From a virus (Duplodnaviria > Caudoviricetes): 25,967 nt of DNA. Below are positions 15,449 to 24,441 of this stretch, in pieces. A model generated the notes under the pieces. The model was not told where the DNA came from and did no database searches. It saw nothing but the letters and a program-made list of their open reading frames with translations. Within the stretch, counting starts at the first letter, position 1. Each line of letters opens with the position of its first letter. The DNA is taken from IMG/VR virus record IMGVR_UViG_3300037608_000084, positions 1 through 25,967 of that record. One strand, 5' to 3'. The translations under genes and the position numbers were made by a program.

Positions 15449-17164
15449 TTAGCCTACGGCAATATTGCCCGATGCGGCGCTAAACTGTGTCTGTCCGCCG
15501 TGTTCGCTCAGGCGGGAACCATTCTCCTCCAACTCCCTTATAATCTCCTCCGCCCTGGACGCCTCCACCGACTCTCCCAGTTCGGCACGCAGCGCCTTGT
15601 TTTGCTCAGTGGTAATCGTGCCCACGCGACCCCGGAGCTGCTTCAAAAACTCCGTAAAGGATATTCTCGTTTCGCCGTGCGGCCTTTCGATTTCCATCAA
15701 CGTGCCGCGCTTTGTGATGTATGAGATGTCAACCGTATCGGCCAGCCCGCCGTACACGTGGAGCCCCAGGAAGGGCACTGCATCCTTTTTCTTTTCTTCC
15801 CCGTAGGCCATATTGTCAAAGCGTTTTACGGCCTGCTGCGTGGCTGTTTCCGGCTGCGCCCGGTAACCCTGGCCAATAATGGCAGCATTAGCGGAAAAGG
15901 CGCCCATATGCGCCGGCAATATCTCTATGGGCGTGCATTCATAGAGTGCTTCACGGTATGCTACATCGATTCTCGGCCACTTCAAGGGCTTCTTGATCAC
16001 TTTTACCTCAGCGCCGGCGAAGAGATCGGGAATATGCTTCAATTGATATTCCTCACCCTTGAACGATATTGTATATTTTCCGCTAACCTGTCGGGTCTCG
16101 TCCGGATATGCAAAGACATCCCGGAGCATGTCCATCTCCGGCAGTTCCCGCAATTCCCCGGCCGCAGTGTTGATAAGCATCCAACAACCGGTTCTTGTCA
16201 TCCCGTGTCGGGTATGTTCCTTGGCGGCCTGGTGCCAGATCATAAAATCAAATGCCCAGGCGTTCATCTCTTCCACGGATGTGGCCGGCTGCAAGCGCAG
16301 GCCCGATTCGAACCATTCTTCAATGATATTGTGCGTCACCTCTACGGCCCCCTGACGGCCGGGATTGTATGGCAACCCCTTCGGGACGTTTACGTCAAGG
16401 GCATTAAGGAAAGTAATTATTGCCCGCGACGTATTGGCAGCGCCCGTGTCCATGAGCATATTAAAAGACACGCCCCTGAAGGGAAATTTGTCGTTATTTT
16501 TTTGAGCCCAGGCCTCCGTTAGGAAATCAAAAAGGTTTGCCTGCGTCTCACCTGTGGTGTTATAATATCTGAAATAGTAGGCCCCGGAAAAATGGTCTAC
16601 CAGAACATATCTGAGCAACCGTTCTTTAATCTTTTTAAAGTTATCCGGCTTGTTTTTGTAGAAATCCCGCTCGTCCATCATGCCCAGTTTGCCGTTTTTC
16701 AAATAATATTGGATGCAGACAGAGGAATCGAAAAGATGCGTGTGGTTCGGATGGAGCGAGCGCATCTCCGTGTATGGCGTGGGAGCCTTTTGGTGACGTT
16801 TTGAAATAAGGCGTTCCCGGAGGATCCTGTTTATGGTGGATGGCGTGACCTGACCGGGTTCGATGATGCCGTTCTGTGCGGCAATCTGCAAGGCGCGCTC
16901 TACAGGCATGATGGGGCCCTTGTTTTCTCGGCCAGTGACATACATCAGGGATGCTATGTGTTCGATCTGCTCATCGGTAAGAAGACAACCAAGTTTTCCT
17001 TTGTCGGATCGGGTCTTTTTCCCGGAGTCGTATCCGTGCTCTGCGGCAATCCTGTAAAGATGCTGATTGCTGTGCCCGGTCATATTTCGATATTGCTCAA
17101 GGATGGTTTTCCTCTCCCGCTGTTGTGCCGCTGTCAGTTCCCTTACCAGATCTTCCTGCCACAT
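15449..17164 (-). CDS. DDE transposase (MuA-role, integrase-core type)
   Basis: RSDKG, SLHPNH...DSSVC, MDTGAAN and GAVEV.HNIIE triad; start at ATG 17164 after GGAGGG. Confidence 0.93.
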   Translation of the reverse strand: MWQEDLVRELTAAQQRERKTILEQYRNMTGHSNQHLYRIAAEHGYDSGKKTRSDKGKLGCLLTDEQIEHIASLMYVTGRENKGPIMPVERALQIAAQNGIIEPGQVTPSTINRILRERLISKRHQKAPTPYTEMRSLHPNHTHLFDSSVCIQYYLKNGKLGMMDERDFYKNKPDNFKKIKERLLRYVLVDHFSGAYYFRYYNTTGETQANLFDFLTEAWAQKNNDKFPFRGVSFNMLMDTGAANTSRAIITFLNALDVNVPKGLPYNPGRQGAVEVTHNIIEEWFESGLRLQPATSVEEMNAWAFDFMIWHQAAKEHTRHGMTRTGCWMLINTAAGELRELPEMDMLRDVFAYPDETRQVSGKYTISFKGEEYQLKHIPDLFAGAEVKVIKKPLKWPRIDVAYREALYECTPIEILPAHMGAFSANAAIIGQGYRAQPETATQQAVKRFDNMAYGEEKKKDAVPFLGLHVYGGLADTVDISYITKRGTLMEIERPHGETRISFTEFLKQLRGRVGTITTEQNKALRAELGESVEASRAEEIIRELEENGSRLSEHGGQTQFSAASGNIAVG

Positions 17165-17186
17165 TAGACCGCCCCTCCCCGAATAG

Positions 17187-18128
17187 TTATTTGCCCGCCT
17201 CGAGTACAAAATCATCAGGCAGCTTTATACCCGGGCGCCAGGCTTCTTCCGGAGACATCACCGGGTTGCCGAACATATCCTGGGCTGTGTCAAAAGCAGC
17301 GAGGATCTGTTTGCGGGCATAGTCCAGGGTTGATAGATAGGCAGCGGTCATGCGGGATGTAGGCTCTGTATCTCCCAACTCTTCCCGGATATTGTCAGGA
17401 TCGAGATACATAAGCGCGCCGTCCAGGGAAACGCGGGCACGCTCCATGAGTTTTAGAAAGGCGTCATCCTCGGCGGGGATGCCGCGACGCTCGGCCTCAC
17501 GTTTGAACTTGTCCAGCTCCTTCTCCATCTTTGTGATGGTTTTGTGTGAGTCTTCCTGCACGCGGTCGAAGGCTTTCTTCTGGGCCTCGTGGTCTTCCTT
17601 TTGGAGGCGGTTTTCATCCTGGAGTTTGTCAATAACAAATTGAACTTCTTCGGGGGATAAGTTTACCTGTTGTCCATTACAATAAACTTCGCCGTTTTGG
17701 ACTTCAACTCCCAACTTTTGGGAGTCACCGTTTGTTAAATACTTGATATTATTAATTTCATACCCGCAATGTGCTCCAAAACTTAGAAGCAATTCGTCTT
17801 TGAAGTCTCCCAGTTTACTAATTTCATAGTCGGCATTTCTAATGTCGAGTCCTTCTTCCTGACAAAATTGAGTCCAAAGGCCATCCTGTTTTAATTTTTC
17901 CTTGGCATCACGTAAAAACATAACCCGGAGCAATCGGGAAAAATGTTCTCTCATTCTTTCACCCTTAATTTTTGTCCCGTAAGTAGCCTTTAAAACTCCA
18001 TATGCCAAATATGCCTTGGCCTCTTTTATTTTCTCATGATATTTTGCCTCTGTTTTTTCTTCAGCAATCCGGTATACTTCGTTCATCGCTATTACATCCG
18101 CATCGGTTGTTCTTGTTTTCCCTGACAT
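17187..18128 (-). CDS. Conserved early protein upstream of the transposase (DUF3102-position)
   Basis: 313 aa; W..FC...G motif and coiled coil; GGAGG RBS. Confidence 0.7.
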   Translation of the reverse strand: MSGKTRTTDADVIAMNEVYRIAEEKTEAKYHEKIKEAKAYLAYGVLKATYGTKIKGERMREHFSRLLRVMFLRDAKEKLKQDGLWTQFCQEEGLDIRNADYEISKLGDFKDELLLSFGAHCGYEINNIKYLTNGDSQKLGVEVQNGEVYCNGQQVNLSPEEVQFVIDKLQDENRLQKEDHEAQKKAFDRVQEDSHKTITKMEKELDKFKREAERRGIPAEDDAFLKLMERARVSLDGALMYLDPDNIREELGDTEPTSRMTAAYLSTLDYARKQILAAFDTAQDMFGNPVMSPEEAWRPGIKLPDDFVLEAGK

Positions 18129-18425
18129 TTATCCCTCCATATCCAAAGATTTAATTGCCTTTTCTATGTGTTCCTTTTCCGTTTCCAGACTGCTTCGAAC
18201 CCTCGCCCAGAACAACGATAACCCCATGCCCAGCTTGAACCTGTCCCCTACTGTGGAAACGAACCCCAGATCCTCCAGCGTAGCCAGGTGACACATCACC
18301 GTACCCACCGGCAGGTTCACGCCGGCCGCCACCTGAGGCCCGTTCACCGGCTCCTTCTGGTTCGCCAGATATTTCAGTATTTCGCCTGTCCGCGTTACAG
18401 CCTCGATCCGCTTATATGTGGTCAT
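18129..18425 (-). CDS. IclR-type HTH protein
   Basis: I.AV.R...IL.YLA...VA..VNLP.GTV..HL.TL.D.GFV. Confidence 0.85.
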   Translation of the reverse strand: MTTYKRIEAVTRTGEILKYLANQKEPVNGPQVAAGVNLPVGTVMCHLATLEDLGFVSTVGDRFKLGMGLSLFWARVRSSLETEKEHIEKAIKSLDMEG

Positions 18426-18922
18426 TTACTCCCTCCGTTTTCTATTTCCCGCAGATAAAATTTGCGTTTCATCTTTTCGTTTTTGATTCTGTGTTCTTCT
18501 TCGTCAAGGCGTTGAATCTCAGCCCGTAGCGCCTCCGGTCCGGGCAGGGCGAACAGCCCTGACGACCTGGACAGCAGCTCAAACGTCCTTCTCTGCCCTC
18601 CTGTTGCCAGGACAAACGCGGGGAGATAATCGGCAGGTATGTTGTGGGGATGGGATGTAGCCGTCCAGTTGTTCATCATGGAATCGGTAATCTCTTCCCC
18701 GATAAGGTCGGTCATCTTCGCGGCTACCTGCGCTCGTGAAAGTTCTCTGCCGCACTCTCCCCTGGCGTGTTTTATGTCTTCGGTTAGGGCCGCCTTGAAT
18801 GCTTTTCTAATGTCAAGTGCCCCGGCATGAGGATGTTGCGCCTGTCCCGTAAGACGTGCCGCCTCTTTCACCCACTCAAAAAGGTCTCCCTGACCTGACA
18901 AAACATTTTGTTTTTTAGTCAT
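18422..18922 (-). CDS. Phage regulatory (CII-like) DNA-binding protein
   Basis: LSRAQVAAKMTDLIG..IT..M.NNWTA.S....IPA.YLPAF..ATG. Confidence 0.7.
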   Translation of the reverse strand: MTKKQNVLSGQGDLFEWVKEAARLTGQAQHPHAGALDIRKAFKAALTEDIKHARGECGRELSRAQVAAKMTDLIGEEITDSMMNNWTATSHPHNIPADYLPAFVLATGGQRRTFELLSRSSGLFALPGPEALRAEIQRLDEEEHRIKNEKMKRKFYLREIENGGSK

Positions 18923-18950
18923 TGCAAACCTCGTTTTTTATTGCTAAAAT
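18922..18950 (+). promoter_or_regulatory. Sigma70-like promoter for the antisense gene
   Basis: TTGCAA (18922-18927), 17 bp, TGc TAAAAT (18945-18950); ATG at 18957. Confidence 0.65.
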
Positions 18951-18956
18951 CAAATT

Positions 18957-19631
18957 ATGTTTGATGGAATTAAATTGTTGTGCCTGGGGAATAGAAATGA
19001 CGGCAGGTTTTGGCAGATATGCGCATCCCCTGCTATCGTTACCCGGGAAAAATATCTGAAGATTGCGAACGAGGGATATAAGTGTATCGCGTGCGGCCAT
19101 AAAAGCGACTTCATTAAACCGTTTTTCCTTCGGCTCATAAATCTGCAGAAACTTGTCGCACAATTTGAGGATACCGGATTTACCGTAATTAATTACGGCC
19201 TTGGCTTTGAATTCTGTCATGAAGACGGATTTGATACGACACCATATGTTTTGGAACACAATGACTGGTTTCACTGGAACATGCAAATCAGTAATATTAC
19301 AATTGCATCTCTCAAAGAACCCGTAAACAAACTGGACATCACAGAAGACGCTTTTTTTAAGGCTGATCCGTATCCTTGTCCAGGGAAAACAGCGCTGACC
19401 TTCAATAAAGCCCTCAGAATCAAGTCTCTCTGTACCCTCGATCATGAGATTACAAACCTTCTTTTACTAAAGAATTTATTAAGAGCGATCCGCATATATA
19501 ACAGCGCCTGGGTGTCTTTACTGGGTTCATTTGTAAATGCTGTTCCAGTTGATCTACTACACGGCTTATACACTCATTTAAGTAATGTGAATTCTTTAAC
19601 TGAGCTTTTTCCCGAGGATTTATATGAGTAG
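18957..19631 (+). CDS. Hypothetical accessory protein, antisense to the early operon
   Basis: 224-aa ORF with CIACGH motif, protein-like composition and its own promoter; probably leaderless. Confidence 0.55.
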   Translation: MFDGIKLLCLGNRNDGRFWQICASPAIVTREKYLKIANEGYKCIACGHKSDFIKPFFLRLINLQKLVAQFEDTGFTVINYGLGFEFCHEDGFDTTPYVLEHNDWFHWNMQISNITIASLKEPVNKLDITEDAFFKADPYPCPGKTALTFNKALRIKSLCTLDHEITNLLLLKNLLRAIRIYNSAWVSLLGSFVNAVPVDLLHGLYTHLSNVNSLTELFPEDLYE

Positions 19632-19827
19632 CTCGAATAATGGGATCTATATATATGCCCTTCGTTCTCGATATAATACGATCGAAGGGGGTTGTATGGT
19701 GTGGGTTTCCCTTCGGGGCTGCGTCATATACTTCCTGCTGCCGGACATGTACGGCTTGTGTCTCTTTGGGAATACCCCGAAAGAGTGCACCGATTTTATA
19801 AAGCCTCAATTCTATTGCTGGAATCAT
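19450..19827 (-). CDS. Hypothetical early protein with C-terminal CxxC
   Basis: AGGAGGG RBS directly after the Ner-like stop; 125 aa; RCYICGS. Confidence 0.55.
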   Translation of the reverse strand: MIPAIELRLYKIGALFRGIPKETQAVHVRQQEVYDAAPKGNPHHTTPFDRIISRTKGIYIDPIIRATHINPREKAQLKNSHYLNECISRVVDQLEQHLQMNPVKTPRRCYICGSLLINSLVKEGL

Positions 19828-19835
19828 ATTCCCTC

Positions 19836-20054
19836 CTATGCCGCCTTCTTGCGCGGCTTCTCGTCCGACCAAAGGTCGGAAACCGACAATTCCAGGGCCT
19901 TGGCAATAGCCTTACGGCAATACCGCGACTTGGTTATGCCTCTTATTGTCTGGTGGATTGTTACCCGGTGCCGTTTGCATCTCCGGCCTATCTCTGCAGC
20001 TGACAAACCCTTTTTCCACATTTCCGTTCGTATTTTTAATTCAATGTCTAACAT
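19836..20054 (-). CDS. Ner/Cro-like HTH regulator
   Basis: 72 aa basic HTH ending IAKALELSVSDLW; divergent from the repressor. Confidence 0.85.
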   Translation of the reverse strand: MLDIELKIRTEMWKKGLSAAEIGRRCKRHRVTIHQTIRGITKSRYCRKAIAKALELSVSDLWSDEKPRKKAA

Positions 20055-20060
20055 GTATTT

Positions 20061-20116
20061 ATTATATTCACATTATTGGAATAGTTGTCAAGATAAAAAT
20101 ACACAAAATTGGAATA
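20061..20116. promoter_or_regulatory. Lysis/lysogeny switch region: early promoter and operator repeats
   Basis: Minus-strand TTGACA (20086-20091) and TATAAT (20061-20066) with a 19-bp spacer. CACAnnATTGGAATA repeats at 20069-20083 and 20102-20116. Confidence 0.6.
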
Positions 20117-20122
20117 TGTATT

Positions 20123-20821
20123 ATGAATATGGCTGATATTGTTTTAAACCGGGTTATCGAGGTCAAAAAACTAAAAAACGATGCGGCTCTTGCACGCTTT
20201 TGGCGTGTCAAACCAAACACCCTTTCTAATTGGCGCAATAGAAACGTCATACCATATAATGAAATAATCCAATTATGTGAACACGACAATATTAGTCTTG
20301 ATTATATTTTGGCAGGGGTTTTGCCTGTTTATAGAATTATGCCAGAAGCGAGCAAAGCAAAGGGTTTAACAACCGAACATATTGACATTAAGGAAGATGA
20401 CAGTACTATGTCCGGCGCGGTACATGGTGCTATTAAGGGCGACATATATTATAATGAATCAATCATAGAGCACGACATAAAAGGCTTTGTCGTAGGGGAA
20501 AACCGTAGCCCTACCCATGGCGCAGGTATAAAAACGAATATTCTTCGCTACCCCACCGAGCTCGAACCGGTTGTTGAAAGTTTTATGGCCGTTATGACCT
20601 CTGAAGATGAGGATGCAAAAGGATCCCTGGCACGAAATGTCTTTACCTTTCACCGTACCGTTACTAACGAAAGGAAGATTAAAAAAATGGAGGCGGAAAT
20701 ATTTGAACTCCGCAGTGAAATTAACAACATAAAACAACAATTATTAAGCATGGCCAAAACCGACTTTAAAACTGCGGAAGCAACTGGGGAGAAGCAAGGG
20801 GGCGGGAGAAATGGAGAATAA
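20123..20821 (+). CDS. CI-like phage repressor (HTH, no S24 peptidase evident)
   Basis: KNDAALA....VKPNTLSNWRNRN.IPY......ISLDYILAG. Start at 20123 or 20129, not 19946. Confidence 0.85.
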   Translation: MNMADIVLNRVIEVKKLKNDAALARFWRVKPNTLSNWRNRNVIPYNEIIQLCEHDNISLDYILAGVLPVYRIMPEASKAKGLTTEHIDIKEDDSTMSGAVHGAIKGDIYYNESIIEHDIKGFVVGENRSPTHGAGIKTNILRYPTELEPVVESFMAVMTSEDEDAKGSLARNVFTFHRTVTNERKIKKMEAEIFELRSEINNIKQQLLSMAKTDFKTAEATGEKQGGGRNGE

Positions 20822-21001
20822 TGGACGGAGAAAGTGGGCGGGGCGCTGATATCTGGGTTATTACGGTATATTGCACAAATGCCGCTGATCGCCGTCGCCG
20901 GGCGCATGAAGATTTATTATGCCGCCGCGGTTTTGTAGTAATATAGAAAAATTTATAATATAATAAGTACTGATTTTAATAAAAATGAAGCAGGAAAATT
21001 T

Positions 21002-21334
21002 GTGTTTCAAAAAATATTGGTAATTATTTTTTGTTGTATTTTTTTTCTTTGTTATTCTGTTATTGCTGAAAGTAATCAGAATACCAAAGAACGTCTGGCT
21101 CAAGAATATTCAAATTCTTGGCTTTTAAATAATCATATAGCAACTAAAATTAAATTTAGTGGCACTAAAAAAACAACTATGGTTGTTTATGTAAGTTTTC
21201 AACATAATAGCACTAACAAGGTAATTCATGACCCAACCTTAATTGATGCCGCAAAAAAAATAGGATTAAAAAGAATAGAATTTCATGACTGGAGTGGTTT
21301 CATAAAAGACATCATTTTTTACGACATTAAATGA
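21002..21334 (+). CDS. Hypothetical exported protein
   Basis: N-terminal signal-peptide-like stretch, AGGA RBS, AT-rich. Confidence 0.65.
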   Translation: MFQKILVIIFCCIFFLCYSVIAESNQNTKERLAQEYSNSWLLNNHIATKIKFSGTKKTTMVVYVSFQHNSTNKVIHDPTLIDAAKKIGLKRIEFHDWSGFIKDIIFYDIK

Positions 21335-21578
21335 TATTCCCTTAGAATTGAGAGTGGCATTCAGAAAAGACTGGATCAAACGCAAGGGAAGTCCGCAAAA
21401 CATGGTATGGATCATGAGGCCGGAGGATATTAAATAACTTATGTAATGTAACATATGTTATATGGGGGATGTGGTAAATGGAATTTTTGCTTATCTGGTT
21501 TCTGTTCGGTATGGTCGCGGCGACATCGCAAACTCAAGAGGGCTAAAGGCTTTCAATAAAATAAATAGGGGGATTACT

Positions 21579-22676
21579 ATGGACTTCAAAGATCAAATTA
21601 AAAGACTGGGAGAAAAAGTATCAAAACTGCGCGAGCAGATACAAACCGAAGAGGCCACAAAGAATGCGTTTGTTATGCCATTTATTAATGCCCTCGGATA
21701 TGACATTTTTAATCCTGAAGAGGTCGTCCCTGAGTTTGTGGCTGATATTGGTATTAAAAAGGGAGAAAAGGTTGACTATGCAATACAGAGAAACGGTGCT
21801 CCAGTCATTTTAATTGAATGTAAGTGGTGTAGTGATAGCCTTGATATTTATAATTCTCAGTTATTCAGATATTTTCATACAACACAAACCCGGTTTGCCC
21901 TTTTGACAAACGGCGTATTATACCGCTTTTATACTGATCTCGTTGAACCTAATAAGATGGATGAAAAACCGTTTTTAGAATTTGACATAACAGCCATAAA
22001 AGACACGGTAATAGAGGATCTAAAAAAATTTCATAAGTCGTATTTTGATGTAGACCAGGTGCTTTCGGCTGCCAGCGAATTAAAATACACAAATGAAATA
22101 AAGGCGATTATGGCTGCCGAATTGGCGGCACCGTCACAGCCTTTTGTCCGGTTTTTTACAAAAAAGATATATCCGAAATTGATTACGGAAAAAGTTGTGG
22201 CACAGTTTACTGAAATAATAAAGAAGTCTCTTCATCAATTTATAAATGACATGATTAATGACAGATTGAAATCCGCTCTTGCGCAGGAAAGCGCGGCCAC
22301 TAAGAAAAAGGAAACATCGGGGAAAATTGAGCCGGAGCCGGTTGTTTCGGAAGAAGCAAAGATCATAACGACCGAAATTGAGAAGGAAGGTTACTTTATT
22401 GTAAAGTCTATTTTAAGAAACACTGTTGATCCAACACGGATAGTTTACAGAGACACGCAATCTTATTTGAATATCTTACTGGATGATACAAACAGAAAGC
22501 AAATATGCCGCTTATATTTGAACGCACAGAAAAAGTATATAGGTATTTTTCAGGAAAAAAAGGAAACAAAACATGAAATATTGACCATTGACGATATATA
22601 TAAATATGCAGAAGCCTTAATAAGTATTATAAAGGTATATAATGGAGATGTGGAGGAAAATCTAAAAAGTTTGTAA
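21579..22676 (+). CDS. Standalone restriction-endonuclease-like protein (type I HsdR N-terminal PD-(D/E)xK domain)
   Basis: TEEATKNAFVMPFI.ALGYD.FNP.EV.PE..AD.G.KKGEKVDYAI...IECK...LTNG; AGGGGG RBS before ATG 21579. Confidence 0.88.
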   Translation: MDFKDQIKRLGEKVSKLREQIQTEEATKNAFVMPFINALGYDIFNPEEVVPEFVADIGIKKGEKVDYAIQRNGAPVILIECKWCSDSLDIYNSQLFRYFHTTQTRFALLTNGVLYRFYTDLVEPNKMDEKPFLEFDITAIKDTVIEDLKKFHKSYFDVDQVLSAASELKYTNEIKAIMAAELAAPSQPFVRFFTKKIYPKLITEKVVAQFTEIIKKSLHQFINDMINDRLKSALAQESAATKKKETSGKIEPEPVVSEEAKIITTEIEKEGYFIVKSILRNTVDPTRIVYRDTQSYLNILLDDTNRKQICRLYLNAQKKYIGIFQEKKETKHEILTIDDIYKYAEALISIIKVYNGDVEENLKSL

Positions 22677-22785
22677 ATTAATGGTTGTTGAAATATTTTT
22701 GCTGAAATACTTTAACTATCAAATCTTGTTTGATAATAAGATTATTCCTTCCTTCTTTTAAGTAACTGTAAGATTAAAAAAACCT

Positions 22786-22828
22786 ACTTATAACATTTTT
22801 AATGACTTAGTTATCACACCCCCCTTCA
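22786..22828 (-). repeat. Candidate prophage terminus with transposase-binding repeats
   Basis: Reads inward 5'-TGAAGGGGGGTGTGATAAC. TTATCACA (22811) and TTATAACA (22788) lie 23 bp apart. Confidence 0.6.
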
Positions 22829-23025
22829 GGACAGAACCTTATTGACATTTATTAGTTATAATATCAAAATAAAAACAAATGAATTGCATAAAGAGTTAAA
22901 AAGACTGGTTATAACATAGGAGTCAGCATGCCTTCCCTTTCCTGGAAAACGACAATGTTAATAGGATTTGGGAAATCGCAGCTTCCAGTGTAACGATTGT
23001 TCGAGAAATGTGAGGTTCAAAACAC

Positions 23026-23628
23026 ATGGATATATTGAGCTTTTTTGTTAGTGTTTGGCTGAAGTTCTTTTTTTTGTTCACACCATTTTTTGCATTGTCA
23101 ATGTTCTTAAGTATGACAAAGGGTTATACAGAATCCCGGCGCCGCAAGTTGGTATTTCAAATCAGCGGCGCAGCAGGCGTTTTTTGTCTGGCGATCTTTT
23201 TTTTCGGTGATGTAATCTTCTCGCTGTTCGGCATTACAGTGGACGCCTTCCGCATCGGCGCAGGAGCCCTCCTGTTCCTGTCAGCGGTAAATTTAGTACA
23301 AACAAACCTGACAACTTCAATGGCGTCACCAGAAGAAGACATAACTGTTGTGCCAATGGCTATGCCCATCATAGTCGGACCCGCAACTACCGGCACCCTG
23401 CTTGTGCTTGGAGCGGAAATATCCGATGCATTTTTTAAAGGACTCGGGTGTGCTGCATTGCTCCTTGCAGTTGCCAGTGTCGGCACAATCTTGCTTTTAG
23501 CATCGTTCATTGAGCGGGTGGTCGGAAAAAGGGGTCTCAATATCCTGAGCAAAGTAACGGGGCTTATTCTCTCTGCCCTGGCGGCCCAGATGATCCTCGT
23601 CGGAGTAAAACATTTCTTCTCGATATAA
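23026..23628 (+). CDS. marC: MarC family inner-membrane protein (host)
   Basis: FGITVDAFRIGAG.LL, VVP.A.P..VGP.T and G..GLN.LS...GLIL motifs. Confidence 0.9.
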   Translation: MDILSFFVSVWLKFFFLFTPFFALSMFLSMTKGYTESRRRKLVFQISGAAGVFCLAIFFFGDVIFSLFGITVDAFRIGAGALLFLSAVNLVQTNLTTSMASPEEDITVVPMAMPIIVGPATTGTLLVLGAEISDAFFKGLGCAALLLAVASVGTILLLASFIERVVGKRGLNILSKVTGLILSALAAQMILVGVKHFFSI

Positions 23629-23740
23629 GCAAGGCAGCATTGTCGAGTTTTCCCTTTTTGTCGTTCCAGACTTGATCCGGGAAGCTTCACCTGCGAAACA
23701 GCATCCTGTAATTTCAATTAGTTCTGGACAGGACATTAAC

Positions 23741-23768
23741 TTGCAAATCCGGATAAATGTGGTATAAT
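23741..23768 (+). promoter_or_regulatory. Sigma70-like promoter
   Basis: TTGCAA, 16 bp, TGg TATAAT; 9 nt before ATG 23778. Confidence 0.55.
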
Positions 23769-23777
23769 TATAGATAT

Positions 23778-24185
23778 ATGAGAAAGACTATCATTATTTC
23801 TATCATCTGTTTATTTTTTATCGTTGCTTCTGCAGGCTATTCCTGGTCTCGCGGGTACTACTACGGATGCGGCGGATATAATAACGGATGGGCTGTTGGT
23901 GCTGCAATTGCCGGTGGTATTCTTGTCGGTGCAGTTGTCACAAACATGATGGCCCAGAGCGCTGCCTACAATCCGCCTCCGCAGAGAGTATATGTATATC
24001 CCCAACCGAATGTTGTATACGTCTATCCCCGGACATCAAACGCAGCATCCGCCTATCCTGACCCTGAGTTTACAGCAAGATACAGTAAAAGTAAGCCTTC
24101 GGGCGAGTGGGTTGTTGTTCCGGGTCAAACAGTAAGCGGAAAGTGGGTGCCGGAGCATAAGGTCCTGGTACCTGCACAACCATAA
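23778..24185 (+). CDS. Exported Pro/Tyr-rich hypothetical protein
   Basis: Signal peptide, glycine-rich hydrophobic segment, GEWVVVPGQ...GKWVP.H C-terminus. Confidence 0.75.
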   Translation: MRKTIIISIICLFFIVASAGYSWSRGYYYGCGGYNNGWAVGAAIAGGILVGAVVTNMMAQSAAYNPPPQRVYVYPQPNVVYVYPRTSNAASAYPDPEFTARYSKSKPSGEWVVVPGQTVSGKWVPEHKVLVPAQP

Positions 24186-24413
24186 CAACATCTGCCGTTA
24201 TAAGCAATCTAAAAGATTTATCTTCATCATCTCAATATCAGGAAGAGTATATTTCCACAATACTGAATAACTTGAACCCTGAAAAGGTTACAGCACCTGA
24301 AAAAGCAGCCCCGGAGAAAAAAGCAAAAAAGATTAAAAATACAAATAGCAAGAAAGCAAAGAAAAAAGCTCCAGACAAACAATTTCCAAAGCCACCTGAA
24401 GTAGATTAACAGC

Positions 24414-24441
24414 AAGGGGGCGGCACTCAGCCCCCTTATTT
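24414..24441 (+). terminator. Putative intrinsic terminator
   Basis: AAGGGGGC-8nt-GCCCCCTT followed by ATTT. Confidence 0.5.

Larger units (their letters stand above)
127..22828 (-). mobile_element. Mu-like transposable prophage (early, lysis and head region; presumably continues left beyond the IS)
   Basis: Mu-type gene order: repressor/Ner, transposase, ATPase, Gam, GemA, Mor, lysis, terminase, DUF935 portal, MuF, gpG, gpI. Candidate terminal CA at 22827-22828. Confidence 0.93.

Noticed and set aside
220-18830. Numerous + strand ORFs opposite the phage genes (e.g. 3367-3954, 8379-9002, 15758-16522)
   Set aside because: They are antisense shadows of well-supported minus-strand genes with no recognisable motifs.
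19946-20122. N-terminal extension of the repressor ORF
   Set aside because: It overlaps the Ner-like gene and the switch region; the HTH begins near 20123-20129.
19624-20136. 170-aa + strand ORF
   Set aside because: It is antisense to the Ner-like gene, crosses the operators and has a shadow-like composition.
20821-20946. 41-codon ORF overlapping the repressor stop
   Set aside because: Short, with no recognisable motif; insufficient support.
21462-21578. N-terminal extension of the nuclease ORF
   Set aside because: The family-typical start MDFKD and the RBS are at 21579.
23659-23735. Degenerate REP/RPE-like palindrome (GTCGTTCCAGACTTGATCCGGGA...GTTCTGGACAGGAC)
   Set aside because: Single degenerate copy; cannot be supported without a genome-wide search.
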